Assembly: GCA_965205865.1 (NCBI GenBank)
Contig: CBDBHR010000030.1
Coordinates: 608,001-672,000, forward strand
Reading direction: 5' to 3'
Source: a bacterium
Lineage (GTDB): Bacteria; SAR324; NAC60-12
Length of the DNA: 64,000 bases
This document shows, piece by piece, positions 22,720-34,485 of this stretch. The translations under genes and the position numbers were made by a program. Under the pieces are notes generated by a model that worked only from the letters and a program-made list of their open reading frames with translations, ran no database searches and had not been told where the DNA came from. Within the stretch, counting starts at the first letter, position 1, and each line of letters begins with the position of its first letter.

Positions 22720-24468
22720 TTATTCTCGAAATTGCATTTCATAGAATTGTTGGTACCTTCCTCCATTTTCCATCAAGGCTTCGTGATTACCAATTTCGAC
22801 GATTTTGCCATCTTCCAGCACACATATACGATCGGCATGGCGGATGGTGGAAAGCCGGTGGGCAATTACAAAGGAAGTGCGGTTTTGCATCAGATTTCTA
22901 ATAGCCTGCTGGACTGCAATTTCTGACTCGGAGTCCAAAGAGGAAGTGGCTTCATCCAAAATCAATATGGGCGCATCTTTGAGCAGGGCGCGAGCAATTG
23001 CAAGCCGCTGACGCTGTCCACCGGAGAGTTTGACCCCTTTTTCCCCAATGAGTGTCTGATAGCCTCGTGGTTGGGCTAAAATGAAATCATGGGCATTGGA
23101 TGCCTTGGCGGCAGCCAACATTTTACCCTCCGGACATTCCGGGTGGCCATAGGTGATGTTATTGAGAATCGTATCGTTGAAGAGGATGGTTTCCTGGGTC
23201 ACGATGGAAATAAGGGCGCGGAGTGATTGTAACTGCAGTCGTTTGACGTCATGACCATCGATTTTCAGATAGCCCTCGGTGAGGTCGTAAAAACGCGGAA
23301 TCAAGTTGACGAAGCTGGTTTTACCGGCCCCACTGCTTCCCACTAAGGCAATTACTTCTCCTTTCTGGACTTCCAGATTAATATCCTGAAGAGCAGGTCG
23401 GTCTTGTGTTTCATATTGAAAGCGCTGAATCCGGATTTCGATTTTTTCCTCGAGAGACAGCAGTTCGCAGGCGTTCGGATGGTCCTGTATTTCAGAATGG
23501 GTGTCCATGATGGCATGCACCCGTTGTATTGCTGCAGCGCCTTCCTGAAGTTTTAAGTTGAAACCATTGAGTTTTTTAACAGGGTCGTTGAGCATGAAAA
23601 ACAGCAAAAAAAATGATCCTAAATCGCCCATGGTGATTGTCCCTTGTTCATAGAGATAACCTCCATATATAAAGATCATCGCTCCCGCGAGGGCGCCAAC
23701 GATTTCAATGGTAGGCGAAGAGTACGCGGTGATCAATATCGAACGAATGTTGTGATTATAGAGTTGGTCATCGTTTTCCCGGAAGCGATCTACTTCATAT
23801 TTTTTCATACTAAAGGCCTGCACCACTCGAATACTGGTGAAGGTTTCCATTAAAAAATTCGCCAATGCCCCAAAACTGATTTGCCGTTTTCCAATCGCCC
23901 GCTTGTTGCGTCTGCCAAAGCTGAGGATGCAAATGAGGGCAATCGGGATAATAATCAAAAGGAAAAGGCTCAATTGCCAACTGCGGAAAACCATCATGCC
24001 CATCAGTATGAAAACAAGGGGAATATCCCGAAAAGGGCCGGTGATTCCAACGTTGAGAGCTTCTTGAAGCACTTGAATGTCGTTGGTGAATCGCGCAATC
24101 AAGTCCCCGGTTTTCGATTTGTCGAAAAAGGAGAGCGACAATCCCTGCATATGTTCAAACAATTGTGTTCGCAAGGCGGACAACAGGCGTTGCACCATCA
24201 ATCCCATGCTAAAGGTCTGTCCAAAAGCAAATACCCCCTTCATGGTGAAAACGAACACAATGGCGATTCCCACCATGTAGAAATTTTCCAGCCTCGGTTT
24301 GTGTTCAATGGCATCGATGATATCTTTGGCGTACCATCCTGGTGCTGCCGTGAATAGATTGTATGCCAAGGAACAAAAGACGCTGACGACAATCCATCCT
24401 TTATAAGGAAGGACCAAGTTCAGGAGGCGCCTGATGTCCCCCAGTTTATTTTTATTGATTTTTTTCAT
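22720..24468 (-). CDS. MsbA-like ABC exporter (TMD + NBD)
   Basis: Six-TM domain followed by GSSGAGKT, LSGGQRQR, LDEATSSLD. Confidence 0.9.
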   Translation of the reverse strand: MKKINKNKLGDIRRLLNLVLPYKGWIVVSVFCSLAYNLFTAAPGWYAKDIIDAIEHKPRLENFYMVGIAIVFVFTMKGVFAFGQTFSMGLMVQRLLSALRTQLFEHMQGLSLSFFDKSKTGDLIARFTNDIQVLQEALNVGITGPFRDIPLVFILMGMMVFRSWQLSLFLLIIIPIALICILSFGRRNKRAIGKRQISFGALANFLMETFTSIRVVQAFSMKKYEVDRFRENDDQLYNHNIRSILITAYSSPTIEIVGALAGAMIFIYGGYLYEQGTITMGDLGSFFLLFFMLNDPVKKLNGFNLKLQEGAAAIQRVHAIMDTHSEIQDHPNACELLSLEEKIEIRIQRFQYETQDRPALQDINLEVQKGEVIALVGSSGAGKTSFVNLIPRFYDLTEGYLKIDGHDVKRLQLQSLRALISIVTQETILFNDTILNNITYGHPECPEGKMLAAAKASNAHDFILAQPRGYQTLIGEKGVKLSGGQRQRLAIARALLKDAPILILDEATSSLDSESEIAVQQAIRNLMQNRTSFVIAHRLSTIRHADRICVLEDGKIVEIGNHEALMENGGRYQQFYEMQFRE

Positions 24469-24504
24469 CGACGTGGCTTGTAGGAATCAAAATGAGAATT
24501 TGTC

Positions 24505-25947
24505 TTAGTCTTTCAGCCATCCCCAGGACGTGGCTCCCCTGCTGTCTTTGAGTTGTATCCCGATTGCCTCGAGTTGGTCCCGGATAAAATCAGCATCCGC
24601 ATAATCGCGGTTATCCCGGAAACGTTGCCTCAGCTTGATTATCAACTGCATCACTTGCTCCAATTTTTCACCAGATTTCACGGAGGGTTGCGAAGCTGGA
24701 GGAATCAAACCGAGCACCTCTCCACCCAATGTTGAAAACAGATATTCGGCATCCGCCAATGCGCCGGGATCAGGAGAGGGATCATTGAGAAGTTTGTTGA
24801 CTGCCTTTGTCAAATCAAAAAGTGCGGCCAACGCCTGAGGTGTCGCAAAATCATTATCCATAGCGTTGCAGAAACGTTGGCGGTATTCTTGAAAATATTG
24901 ATGGGGCGGAACCGTTTCGGCAGGAAGCCGCTCCCGTAAAGCGGCGATTACCTGATGCAAGCGCATCAAGGCGATTTGCGCGGATTCAAGCGCCTCTTCA
25001 CTGTAATCGACCACGGAGCGGTAATGACTGGCAATGATGAAATAGCGCACTGCCAGGGGACCAAATTTTTGACAAGCCTCCTCCAGGGTTATGGAATTTC
25101 CCCGTGACTTGCTCATGCTCTGTCCGTTGACCTCGAGTATGTTGCTGTGCATCCAATACCTGGCAAAGGATTGACCCAGACTACGCGCTTGGGCCAATTC
25201 ACATTCATGATGGGGAAATTTGAGATCCATCCCTCCCCCATGAATGTCGAACTCATCGCCCAGGTACTTGGTGCTCATCACGACACATTCGGTGTGCCAA
25301 CCCGGGTATCCAAAACCCTTCCAGGGGTCTTCCCAGCGCATCACGTGACCGGGTTCCGCGTGTTTCCAAAGGGCAAAGTCATTTGGATTGCGTTTTTCGG
25401 AACGGCTTTGCACCCTGGTTCCACTCAACATTTTCTCTTGACCGCGATTGGACAGGCGACCGTAGGCTGAATCACGGGAAATATCAAAATAGATAGAACC
25501 ATTGACTTCATAAGCGTCTCCCTGCGCCACCATTTGCCGGATCGCTTGCAATTGTTCCGGGATGTGGCCGGAGGCCCGCGGGGAAATATCAGGACGTCGC
25601 GCTCCCAAGCGATCCATCATATCGAAATAGCTGCGGGTGTAATATTCAGCAATGGCCATCGGTTCTTTATTGGCTTCTCGTGATTTCTTGAGAATTTTGT
25701 CCTCCCCGTCATCGGCATCGTCCACCAAATGGCCCACATCGGTGATATTTTGCACATAGAAAGTCTGGTAACCCAGGAATTGAAAGTAGCGCAAGATCAG
25801 GTCAAAACCGATATATGTTTTCCCGTGTCCTAAATGAGACTCACCGTATACGGTAAGACCGCAGACATATAGGGAGACATGACCGGGTCGGGTCGGGATG
25901 AATGTTTCCTCTTTTTTAGAAAGGGAATTGTAAATTTTTAAAGGCAT
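24505..25947 (-). CDS. cysS: Cysteine--tRNA ligase
   Basis: [31 protein letters not shown]. Confidence 0.97.
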   Translation of the reverse strand: MPLKIYNSLSKKEETFIPTRPGHVSLYVCGLTVYGESHLGHGKTYIGFDLILRYFQFLGYQTFYVQNITDVGHLVDDADDGEDKILKKSREANKEPMAIAEYYTRSYFDMMDRLGARRPDISPRASGHIPEQLQAIRQMVAQGDAYEVNGSIYFDISRDSAYGRLSNRGQEKMLSGTRVQSRSEKRNPNDFALWKHAEPGHVMRWEDPWKGFGYPGWHTECVVMSTKYLGDEFDIHGGGMDLKFPHHECELAQARSLGQSFARYWMHSNILEVNGQSMSKSRGNSITLEEACQKFGPLAVRYFIIASHYRSVVDYSEEALESAQIALMRLHQVIAALRERLPAETVPPHQYFQEYRQRFCNAMDNDFATPQALAALFDLTKAVNKLLNDPSPDPGALADAEYLFSTLGGEVLGLIPPASQPSVKSGEKLEQVMQLIIKLRQRFRDNRDYADADFIRDQLEAIGIQLKDSRGATSWGWLKD

Positions 25948-26224
25948 GCAATCATCCTTTCTTTTTTTAAGATTCCTATTCTCCGAAACATCAGGACTTT
26001 ATTGCGTTTTCAGGTGTGATGACAATTCGAACATTGGAGCGATACCCAGGATTGTGTTTCTTTTTTGTTTTTTAATATCAAAGCTTATGATATCTTGGAA
26101 GATATTTGTCTTTTTTGTCCTTCAGGGTGTTATGACTCCGGATCTGCCAGCAGTAGGAAGCATTATAACACCATAAAGTACTCCTTGAAATAAAATTGCC
26201 AGAGAAGCCGTTGAGGAAGACGCA

Positions 26225-26707
26225 ATGAAAAGTATTGATCAAGGTGACTATTTTTCAGGCATAAAGTTTCAAAATTCAGAAGACGACGACACACTGTTGA
26301 AATCGGCGGTGGAGGCCCTCCCCGAAGAAGTGAGCGCAAAAGACGATCCGGAAAAAAGGGGGATGAATGCTTCCGTGCGTCCATCCGCCGTTCGCCCCGG
26401 GAGAAAAAGAGCCTCCCGTAAAAATGAACTATCGAAAAGTCCCGACGCAATTCTGGATCTTCATGGAAAAACAAAAGAAGAAGCCCTCATATTAGTGCAA
26501 AGCATTGTCATGGGCAGTCACCGACAGCGTCAACGTAGTATATTAATCATTACAGGCAAAGGCCATCATTCGGGAGAAGGCGGCCCTGTTTTAAATCAAG
26601 CGGTTCGTTCATGGCTACAACGCCATGGTCATCCCTATATCAAGGATTTTTCTTCAGCCCCACCGCGCTATGGAGGAACGGGAGCACTTTGGGTGGACCT
26701 GTGCTGA
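26225..26707 (+). CDS. Smr/MutS2 domain protein
   Basis: LDLHG, IITGKGHHS, GGTGA motifs. Confidence 0.9.
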   Translation: MKSIDQGDYFSGIKFQNSEDDDTLLKSAVEALPEEVSAKDDPEKRGMNASVRPSAVRPGRKRASRKNELSKSPDAILDLHGKTKEEALILVQSIVMGSHRQRQRSILIITGKGHHSGEGGPVLNQAVRSWLQRHGHPYIKDFSSAPPRYGGTGALWVDLC

Positions 26708-26719
26708 AACAACGCCGGC

Positions 26720-29242
26720 CTAACGGATTTTGTGAGGCATTGGCTCGATGGGCACCGGTTCCACATGCCAGATATCTTTGGCATATTCGACAATAGTGCG
26801 GTCTGCAGAAAAATTCCCCGCGTTGGCGGTATTGAGTATCGAACTACGTGTCCATTCAGATTGGTCCAAGTATGCCTGGCTCACATTTTCCTGACAAGAC
26901 AGGTAGCTGGAAAAATCCGCCAACAGCATGTAGGCATCGTCATAGACAAGTGATTTGTAGAGGTCATTGTACAAGTGGGGGTCCTTTCGATTGAAATATC
27001 CGCTGTTGATCATCTCCAATGCTTCCCGCAACTCCAATTGGATATTTGAGCTGAGGTTTTGATAATAAATGCGGGGATTGTAGTTTTTTTGCTTTATTGC
27101 CATCACCTCTTCCGCAGACAATCCGAAAATAAAGATATTGGCATCTCCTACTTTTTCCCGGATTTCAATGGTCGCGCCATCCATCGTTCCAATGATCAGG
27201 GAGCCATTGAGTGCGAATTTCATATTGCTGGTGCCCGATGCTTCTGTTCCTGCAGTGGAAATATGTTCTGAAATGTCAGTGGCGGGGATCACTTTCTCTG
27301 CAAGAGAAACCCGGTAGTTTTCCAGGAAAACGACTTTGAGTCTCCCTTTGATGAGTGGATTGTTGTTGACGATTTTTGCCACATCACAGGCCAATCGAAT
27401 GATCAATTTGGCCATGTAATAGCCCGGAGCCGCTTTTCCTCCCAAAATGATTGTGCGGGGGACGAAGAAAGTTGTCGGGTTGGCGCGTATCCGATTGTAG
27501 AGCACGATTACATGCAAGACATTCAACAATTGCCGTTTGTATTCGTGAATACGCTTGACCTGCGTATCAAACATTGTTTCCGGGTTGAGCTCGACCTTAT
27601 GTACTCGTTGCACGTACTCTGCGAACTGTCGTTTTTTTTGTTGTTTGACGGCCTGCCAGTCCTTTTGAAAGTCGGTATCGTCTGCCAAAGGGATCAGTTG
27701 CTTCAGAAGAATCGGGTCTGTGATCCATCTCTCTCCAATGCGCTTACTGATCAATGAGGAAAGTTCAGGATTGCAGTTCAATAGCCAACGCCGGTGGGAG
27801 ATGCCATTGGTTTTGTTTTGGAAGCGCTCGGGATAAAACTCGTAGAAATCTTTGAATACCGCGCTTTTCAACAAATTGGTGTGCAAACTTGCCACCCCAT
27901 TGACCGCATGACTGCCAATGATGGCCAAATGAGGCATACGAACTTGTTTGACGCTTCCTTCCTCAATCAGGGACAAGCGTTCCAGCCTTTTCCAATCTTG
28001 CGGATGATTTTGCTTGACCGATTCCAGGAATTTTTCATTGATTTCATAAATGATTTGCAAATGACGGGGTAGCAGACGGCCAATCATACCGACCGGCCAT
28101 TTTTCCAAGGCTTCGGGAAGCACCGTATGGTTGGTGTAGGCAAAGACCCGGGTGGTGATATTCCAGGCAATATCCCATTGGTATCCTTCCTCATCCAGTA
28201 AAATCCGCATTAACTCCGCAATAGCAATGGAAGGATGCGTATCATTCAATTGAATGGCAACCTTCTGCGGAAAAAGTTCAAAACTTTGATGATTGACTCT
28301 ATATTTTTGGATGATGTCTTGCAGGGATGCGCAAACAAAAAAGTATTGCTGCTTGAGACGCAGTTCTTTTCCTGAAAAATTCTTGTCATTGGGATAAAGC
28401 GCCTTGGAGATCGTTTCAGTGTTATGTTTTTCTTCCACGGCACGCATGTGATCGCCTTTGTTGAAGAGTTCAAAGTCAAAATCCTGCGATGCTTTCGCTT
28501 GCCAGAGCCTTAAGTTGTTCACCGTGCGCGTGCGAAATCCTGGAATCGGAACATCATAGGGCATGGCCAATACTTCATACGTGTCTACCCATTCATATCG
28601 TTTCCGATCAGCAGCATCGCGGTACTCGCGCACTCGTCCATAAAATCGTACGGAAAACATGTGTTCAAATCTTGGAATTTCCCAAGGGTAACCGGTTACA
28701 AGCCAGTTGTCCGCGTACTCCATCTGGGCATTGTTTTCAATTTTTTGCTCAAAAATACCGTAGTCATAGCGAATCCCATAGCCATAGGCCGGTAATTGCA
28801 AAGTCGCCATGGAATCCAGAAAACAAGCTGCCAACCGTCCCAAACCTCCATTTCCGAGACCGGCGTCGTGCTCCAACTCTTCCAACTCTTCCAACTCGTA
28901 ACCAAGTTCATCCAGGGCATCCTGGCATACCTGCAGCAGATTGAGGTTGATCAAATTGTTCCGCAGGCTGCGTCCGATCAAATATTCCAGAGAAAGGTAG
29001 TAGACCCGTTTGCAGTCCTTTTGCCTGTAGGTTTGTTGGGTATCGTTCCAAAATTCCACTAAACGGTCTCGAATGGCCAGAGCCAGGCTTTCGTAGACAT
29101 CCATGTCATTCACCGTGTAGCGGTTTTTGCAGATGGAAAATTCCAGGTGGTTAGCCAGGGACTGCATGATTGCTTGTTTGTCCATTGCTCGGTAATCACC
29201 AACCAATTTCCAGATTTCATTCAATTTTGTCTTAGACTGCAT
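26720..29242 (-). CDS. glgP: Glycogen/starch phosphorylase
   Basis: GLGNGGLGRLAACFLDS, QLNDTHP, QVKRIHEYKRQ, EASGTSNMK. Confidence 0.97.
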   Translation of the reverse strand: MQSKTKLNEIWKLVGDYRAMDKQAIMQSLANHLEFSICKNRYTVNDMDVYESLALAIRDRLVEFWNDTQQTYRQKDCKRVYYLSLEYLIGRSLRNNLINLNLLQVCQDALDELGYELEELEELEHDAGLGNGGLGRLAACFLDSMATLQLPAYGYGIRYDYGIFEQKIENNAQMEYADNWLVTGYPWEIPRFEHMFSVRFYGRVREYRDAADRKRYEWVDTYEVLAMPYDVPIPGFRTRTVNNLRLWQAKASQDFDFELFNKGDHMRAVEEKHNTETISKALYPNDKNFSGKELRLKQQYFFVCASLQDIIQKYRVNHQSFELFPQKVAIQLNDTHPSIAIAELMRILLDEEGYQWDIAWNITTRVFAYTNHTVLPEALEKWPVGMIGRLLPRHLQIIYEINEKFLESVKQNHPQDWKRLERLSLIEEGSVKQVRMPHLAIIGSHAVNGVASLHTNLLKSAVFKDFYEFYPERFQNKTNGISHRRWLLNCNPELSSLISKRIGERWITDPILLKQLIPLADDTDFQKDWQAVKQQKKRQFAEYVQRVHKVELNPETMFDTQVKRIHEYKRQLLNVLHVIVLYNRIRANPTTFFVPRTIILGGKAAPGYYMAKLIIRLACDVAKIVNNNPLIKGRLKVVFLENYRVSLAEKVIPATDISEHISTAGTEASGTSNMKFALNGSLIIGTMDGATIEIREKVGDANIFIFGLSAEEVMAIKQKNYNPRIYYQNLSSNIQLELREALEMINSGYFNRKDPHLYNDLYKSLVYDDAYMLLADFSSYLSCQENVSQAYLDQSEWTRSSILNTANAGNFSADRTIVEYAKDIWHVEPVPIEPMPHKIR

Positions 29243-29285
29243 AGGTATTTTTTTCAATGCATGGACTTCTCGATTTTTCTGGAAG

Positions 29286-29573
29286 ATGCCAATCAAATAC
29301 AAGCGAAAAGGCGACATGCCCGAGGATCATGACTTCCGGGAATTCTTTATTTCGCCATACGCGGATGATTGCCGCTTCGCCACTGTAAACTACTTGGAAA
29401 GCAAATGGCATGCAATCCTTTTTGAGAAGGACGGTGACAAGGATATCATGGGTGATTTGGCATTTATCGTGCAAAAAAAGTTTAAGATTCTGACACCCTC
29501 AGCTGCTTGCCATCAAATATTGCGCTGTTTCAATAGGCTTCATGGACAATTTCTTTCATTCCCTCATCAATAG
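29286..29573 (+). CDS. Small hypothetical protein
   Basis: 95-aa ORF divergent from glgP, overlapping the MscS start. Confidence 0.4.
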   Translation: MPIKYKRKGDMPEDHDFREFFISPYADDCRFATVNYLESKWHAILFEKDGDKDIMGDLAFIVQKKFKILTPSAACHQILRCFNRLHGQFLSFPHQ

Positions 29574-30394
29574 CATTCCGGAAACCCAGGCAATCGTGTT
29601 TCAATCCATCCTCATTGTTTGTGGACTCTGGATTATACGAACCGTGATACTGAAGTTAACGGTCGCCAAAATCAAGAATGACCATACCCGCTATATTTGG
29701 CGTCAGGTCGTACAATATGCCGTGATTCTCTTGGGGATTGTGCTCTTTTTCCGTTTATGGTTCAGCGGCATTCAATCGATTCTCACTTTTCTGGGTCTCA
29801 TCTCGGCGGCAATCACCATTATCCTCAAGGAACCCATCCTGAACTTGTTCGCGGGTCACTATCATTTGGAGGGAGCTATTCAGTGTCGGAGAACGCATTG
29901 AAATCGGGAAATACAAAGGAGACGTGATCGACATGGGTTTGTTTTATTTCACATTGATGGAAATCGGCAATTGGGTCGATGCCGATCAAAGCACCGGACG
30001 ACTTCTCAAGGTTCCCAATGGGATTGTGATCACGGAGGGCGTGGCCAATTACAGCCGCGGACTGCCTTATGTCTGGAACGAAATTCCTATAATGCTCACG
30101 GGAGACAGCGATTGGAAAAGCGCAAAAACTCTGCTGCAGTCGATTGCCGAAAAGCATACGGAGAACCTGAACGCTGCTCAGAAAAAAGACTTTCGTAAAA
30201 AAGCCGGAGCCTATGTTATTTCTCCTATCCTCACTCCCACGGTATACACCAGCCTCGAAGAAAAAGGTATTTTATTGACGATTCGTCACCTTTGCGAACC
30301 ACGCCATCGCCGCAATATCGAAGAAGATATTTGTGAGAATATATTGGAGACGTTCCTCCTCCATTCCAATATCAACTTGCTCTATCGCGCCTGA
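29542..30394 (+). pseudogene. MscS family mechanosensitive channel, frameshifted near 29854
   Basis: The N-terminal TM half and the IIWRELFSVGERIEIG..GDVID..QSTGR..VPN half are in different frames. Confidence 0.8.
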
Positions 30395-30415
30395 TGATCT
30401 CTCCAATTTATTTTC

Positions 30416-30607
30416 CCTGAGTTCGACATAAATCTTCAATAATATGAGTATCCTAGTTTATATGTCATCCTCGCGAAAGCAGGGATCCGGATTTCAGTCT
30501 GGCTGCATACCTCTGGATTCCTGCTTTCGCAGGAATGACAAGGTTTCTCTAAGATATGAAGATTTTATAACATATTGAATTTATTAAATTCTTATCTCGA
30601 ACTCAGG
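30416..30607. mobile_element. 192-bp MITE carrying an internal REP-like palindrome
   Basis: TIR CCTGAGTTCGA(C/G)ATAA 15/16; TTATTTTC directly repeated at 30408-30415 and 30608-30615; TGTCAT...ATGACA palindrome at 30463-30540. Confidence 0.85.
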
Positions 30608-30895
30608 TTATTTTCCCTGAAACGCCGGTTTGCGTTTCAAACGACGGGAAGACGCATCTACTGCAATTTTTCTATTTTACCATATGGATATAAACGAAGC
30701 GCCACTCCAAAGCAATTCATAGAAAAAGGTAAGTGGCCATGACAGGAACATTTCTAAAATGAACATTGTCAGCGGGACGCGAATCATGTTAAATACAGTA
30801 ACGAGTCTCCCCAATTGCTTGCGACAAACAGGATCCGTTGGGCGGACCGGACATTTTGAACAACAGCGCCTTCAATATAAAAAAGAGAGAAGACC

Positions 30896-31663
30896 ATGAA
30901 ATTGAAAGATAAAATTGCCGTAGTGACGGGAGGAGCTAATGGAATTGGCAGGGCCATGGCCTTACGTTTTGTAAAAGAAGGGGCAAAGACGGTGATGATC
31001 GCCGATTTGGATGCTGCCCATTCCCAGGTAGTGGCAAAAGATATTGGCGCCGAGAGTATGCGGGTGGATGTCAGCCGAGAGGACGACATTGTCTGCCTGG
31101 TGGAGAAAACAGAAAAACAATTTGGTCCGATCGACTTGTTTTGCTCCAATGCCGGAATCTCCGTCGCAGGGGGATTTGAAGCGTCCAATACGGATTGGCA
31201 ACGGATTTGGGAGATCAATCTGATGGCCCACGTCTACGCCGCGCGCGCAGTTGTCCCTGCCATGATTGCCCGGGGTGGTGGCTATCTCTTGAATACCGCT
31301 TCTGCGGCGGGACTGTTGAATCAAATCGGATCCGCCCCTTATGGAGTGACCAAGCATGCGGCTGTCGGCTTTGCCGAATACCTTGCAATTTCCTATGGTT
31401 CTCGAGGCATTAAGGTTTCGGTTCTTTGTCCACAAGCTGTCCGTACAAACATGACGGGCGGTTTGCTAAATGGGGGCGTTGCCGGGGTGGACGGCATGCT
31501 TGAACCGCAAGAAGTTGCCGACTGCGTGATCAGGACGCTGGATGAAGAACGTTTTCTGGTTTTGCCGCATCCGACCGTTTTGACTTATATGCAGCGTAAA
31601 ACTTCCGACTATGACCGCTGGCTCAATGGCATGCGACGTTTGAATGACCGTTTCAGTATTTAA
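30896..31663 (+). CDS. Short-chain dehydrogenase/reductase
   Basis: TGGANGIG, SNAG, YGVTK (YxxxK). Confidence 0.93.
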   Translation: MKLKDKIAVVTGGANGIGRAMALRFVKEGAKTVMIADLDAAHSQVVAKDIGAESMRVDVSREDDIVCLVEKTEKQFGPIDLFCSNAGISVAGGFEASNTDWQRIWEINLMAHVYAARAVVPAMIARGGGYLLNTASAAGLLNQIGSAPYGVTKHAAVGFAEYLAISYGSRGIKVSVLCPQAVRTNMTGGLLNGGVAGVDGMLEPQEVADCVIRTLDEERFLVLPHPTVLTYMQRKTSDYDRWLNGMRRLNDRFSI

Positions 31664-31723
31664 TTTTCTTTTCAAATCTTTTTTTCAACGAAATATTTCA
31701 ACTTCAGAAAAAGGTATAATTCA

Positions 31724-32437
31724 ATGATTGATCTTTATTTTTGGCCAACGCCCAACGGATGGAAAATCACCATCATGCTCGAAGAATGCAACTTGCCTTA
31801 CAATTTGATCCCCGTGAATATCGGACGAGGGGATCAATTCAAAGCGGAATTTCTCAAGATCAGTCCCAATAACCGCATGCCCGCCATAGTGGACCATGAT
31901 GCGGAAGGGAACGTGATTTCTATTTTTGAATCAGGGGCTATCTTGATGTATTTGGCAGAAAAAACCGGGAAATTCATGCCATCGGAGTTGAATAAACGCT
32001 ATGAGGCGCTTCAATGGTTGTATTGGCAGGTAGGAAATTTAGGTCCGATGGCAGGGCAACTGAGTCATTTTATCAACTATACTCAGGAAAAAAACCATTA
32101 TGCATTGCAGCGCTATGGGAATGAGTACAATCGCTTGTTTGGAGTGTTGGAACGGCAATTGGAAAAGCGCGATTTCCTGGCGGGAGATTACTCCATTGCG
32201 GATATGGCTTCGTTTCCCTGGATTGTCCCTTATCAAAGATTTGAGCAGAGTTTTGATGATTTTCCGCGTCTGCGCCGCTGGTTTGAGACCATGAAGGCCC
32301 GCCCTGCCGTGCAGAAAGGTGTGGATACCGGCAAGGAATTGCGCGAGCAATCCCCAAACAACGATGAGGAATCTCGTAAGATTTTATTTGGCCAAACGGC
32401 TAAATCAATTGCCGAAGCGGCTGATAAATCGAATTGA
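31724..32437 (+). CDS. Glutathione S-transferase (YfcG/YghU-like)
   Basis: WPTPNGWK, SPNNRMPAI, FESGAIL, YSIADMA. Confidence 0.92.
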   Translation: MIDLYFWPTPNGWKITIMLEECNLPYNLIPVNIGRGDQFKAEFLKISPNNRMPAIVDHDAEGNVISIFESGAILMYLAEKTGKFMPSELNKRYEALQWLYWQVGNLGPMAGQLSHFINYTQEKNHYALQRYGNEYNRLFGVLERQLEKRDFLAGDYSIADMASFPWIVPYQRFEQSFDDFPRLRRWFETMKARPAVQKGVDTGKELREQSPNNDEESRKILFGQTAKSIAEAADKSN

Positions 32438-32460
32438 TTGCCAATCTCAAATCCCTGAAC

Positions 32461-32494
32461 GCTCCTCCAACCCCTGGCAGAGGGTTGAGGGAGC
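32461..32494 (+). terminator. Hairpin downstream of the GST gene
   Basis: gctcctccaaccc-ctggcaga-gggttgagggagc imperfect stem; no clear U-tract. Confidence 0.35.
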
Positions 32495-32740
32495 CCATCG
32501 AAAATTCTTCGAAATGCAGAAATGCGATAGACACTGAAAAAACGATCGCAGATCCTGTCATGATACGGAGGACCCGTTGCGCAGGACGCGACCCGCGCAC
32601 TCACCAGTCAGTTCATCGTCGAGTAGCGCAAGCTGACCATTGCGAACGGTCGCCTTATCAAGATCGTCTCGCTTCGCTGTCGACGAACTCGAAATCCCTA
32701 TTGAGCGACTGATCACAGAATCCTCTCTCGAAGCCATTTT

Positions 32741-33484
32741 TCAAGTTACCCACTGAAAGGGGAGAGGACCCGGGCTGGGAATCTCGGGGGGCAGTCCGAA
32801 TCCGAGGAAACTCAGCGAGGCCTCGGTAATGATGACCCCACCGATGTTGATGGAGAAGACGATGATAAGGGGCGTCATGATATTGGGCAGAACATGGCGG
32901 ATCAGAATTCGGCTGGTCGGGGTACCTACGGCCCTGGCTGCCAGAAAATAGTCATTTTCTTTGACCCCAATCACCGCGCCGCGGACCACTCGGGAACCGA
33001 CGATGCCGCCGGATATTCCCAGCACCAGGATCAGCTGGAACAACCCCTGCCCCACAATGGACATGATGGTCAACAAGAGCAGCAGTCCCGGAAAGGCCAT
33101 CCAGGCATCGACAAAGCGCTGTACCGCCAGGTCCAATTTCCCCCCAAGGAATCCTGAAATGCCGCCGATCAGGGTGGCGACGACCACATTGAGCAGGGTC
33201 GCGGCCAAACCAACCAGCATGGAAACCCTGGCCCCAAAGATCAGGCGGCTCAACAAGTCCCGTCCCAACTGGTCAGCCCCCAGCAGAAACTGGGCGGATG
33301 GGGCTTTCAGTATGGCGGGCAGGTGCACTTCATCAAAAGGGTAAGGCGCCAGCGCCTCGGCGAAAAGCGCCACCAGAATAAAGAGCAAGACGATGATCCC
33401 GCAGACCGTCCCCAGGGGCTTCTCCCGCCACAGCCTATTGATAACGTCCGCCAGCCGGCCCTGTCGCCTGGGTTCACTATTCAT
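32741..33484 (-). pseudogene. DppC/OppC-like permease, C-terminally truncated
   Basis: Matches paralog 49265-50233 up to PPEIPS, then unrelated PGPLPFQWVT*; last TM missing. Confidence 0.8.
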
Positions 33485-34475
33485 ACCGTACCCTGGGATC
33501 CAAATAAGCATAAAGCAGGTCGATGAGGAGATTGATCCCCACCACCACGGTGGCGAAAAACATGTTGATGCCGGAGATCACCGGGTAGTCCCGGTCAGAA
33601 AGTGCCGTGAGCATCAGACGACCCAACCCCGGCAGGTTGAAGATGTTCTCCATGATCACGGCGCCTCCGACCAGGATGGGCAACTGCAGGCCAATCAGGG
33701 AGACGACCGGGATGAGGGCATTTTTGATAGTATGCCGGATGATCACGATCCGCTCCCGGAGCCCCTTGGACCAGGCGGTGCGGATGTAGTCCTGCCGCAG
33801 CACTTCCAGCATCGTGGTGCGCATCAGCCGCATGGTGGCCGCCGCCATCGCCGTTCCCAAAATCACGCTGGGAATGATCAACATCCCGAGATTCCCCAGC
33901 GGGTCTTCGCTGAAAGGAACCCACTCCATCGGCGGCGTCCACGCCCACCAGAGGGAGGGGTAGAGCACGGCCATGGTAGCCAACCAGAAGTTGGGCGTAG
34001 CCAGGCCGAGGATGGCGAAGGAGCGCCCAGCGTAGTCGGCGGCGGTATCCTGGCGAATCGCCGAGTAGATGCCGACCGGCAGCGCGATCAAGAGCCCGAT
34101 GAGGATTGCCATGACACCCAGCTCAATGGTTACCGGCAGTCTACCTAATATCTTCTCCTCTACCGGCCAAGCGCCCAACAGTGACTCGCCAAGGGCGCCC
34201 TGGAGGAGACCTCTAAAGTGGGACTCACCGGTAATAAAGTCAGGGGTCGGCAACACGCCTAGCCAGCGTCCATACTGCACGTGCACAGGCACGTCCAATC
34301 CCAGCATACGCTCGAGAGCTGCACGGTCTACCTTATTGGCCGCGAATTCCGGTTTACCCATCATTGCGTCTATGACATCGCCCGGGATGAAGCGCACCGA
34401 GAGAAAGACCAGGATGGTCAATAGAAACAGGGTGGGGATGATCAGCAATAACCGCCGGATGATGTACGCTCTCAT
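33477..34475 (-). CDS. DppB/OppB-like ABC permease
   Basis: RTTMLEVLRQDYIRTAWSKGL loop, RDYP, LDPRVRY. Confidence 0.93.
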   Translation of the reverse strand: MRAYIIRRLLLIIPTLFLLTILVFLSVRFIPGDVIDAMMGKPEFAANKVDRAALERMLGLDVPVHVQYGRWLGVLPTPDFITGESHFRGLLQGALGESLLGAWPVEEKILGRLPVTIELGVMAILIGLLIALPVGIYSAIRQDTAADYAGRSFAILGLATPNFWLATMAVLYPSLWWAWTPPMEWVPFSEDPLGNLGMLIIPSVILGTAMAAATMRLMRTTMLEVLRQDYIRTAWSKGLRERIVIIRHTIKNALIPVVSLIGLQLPILVGGAVIMENIFNLPGLGRLMLTALSDRDYPVISGINMFFATVVVGINLLIDLLYAYLDPRVRYE

Positions 34476-34485
34476 GGGAAACCCA

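Noticed and set aside
25105-25125. CysRS KMSKS reads SMSKS
   Set aside because: The second, catalytic Lys and the Zn ligands are intact; likely tolerated variation
32500-32740. Foreign-looking segment truncating dppC
   Set aside because: No recognisable product, ends or duplication, so nothing can be called
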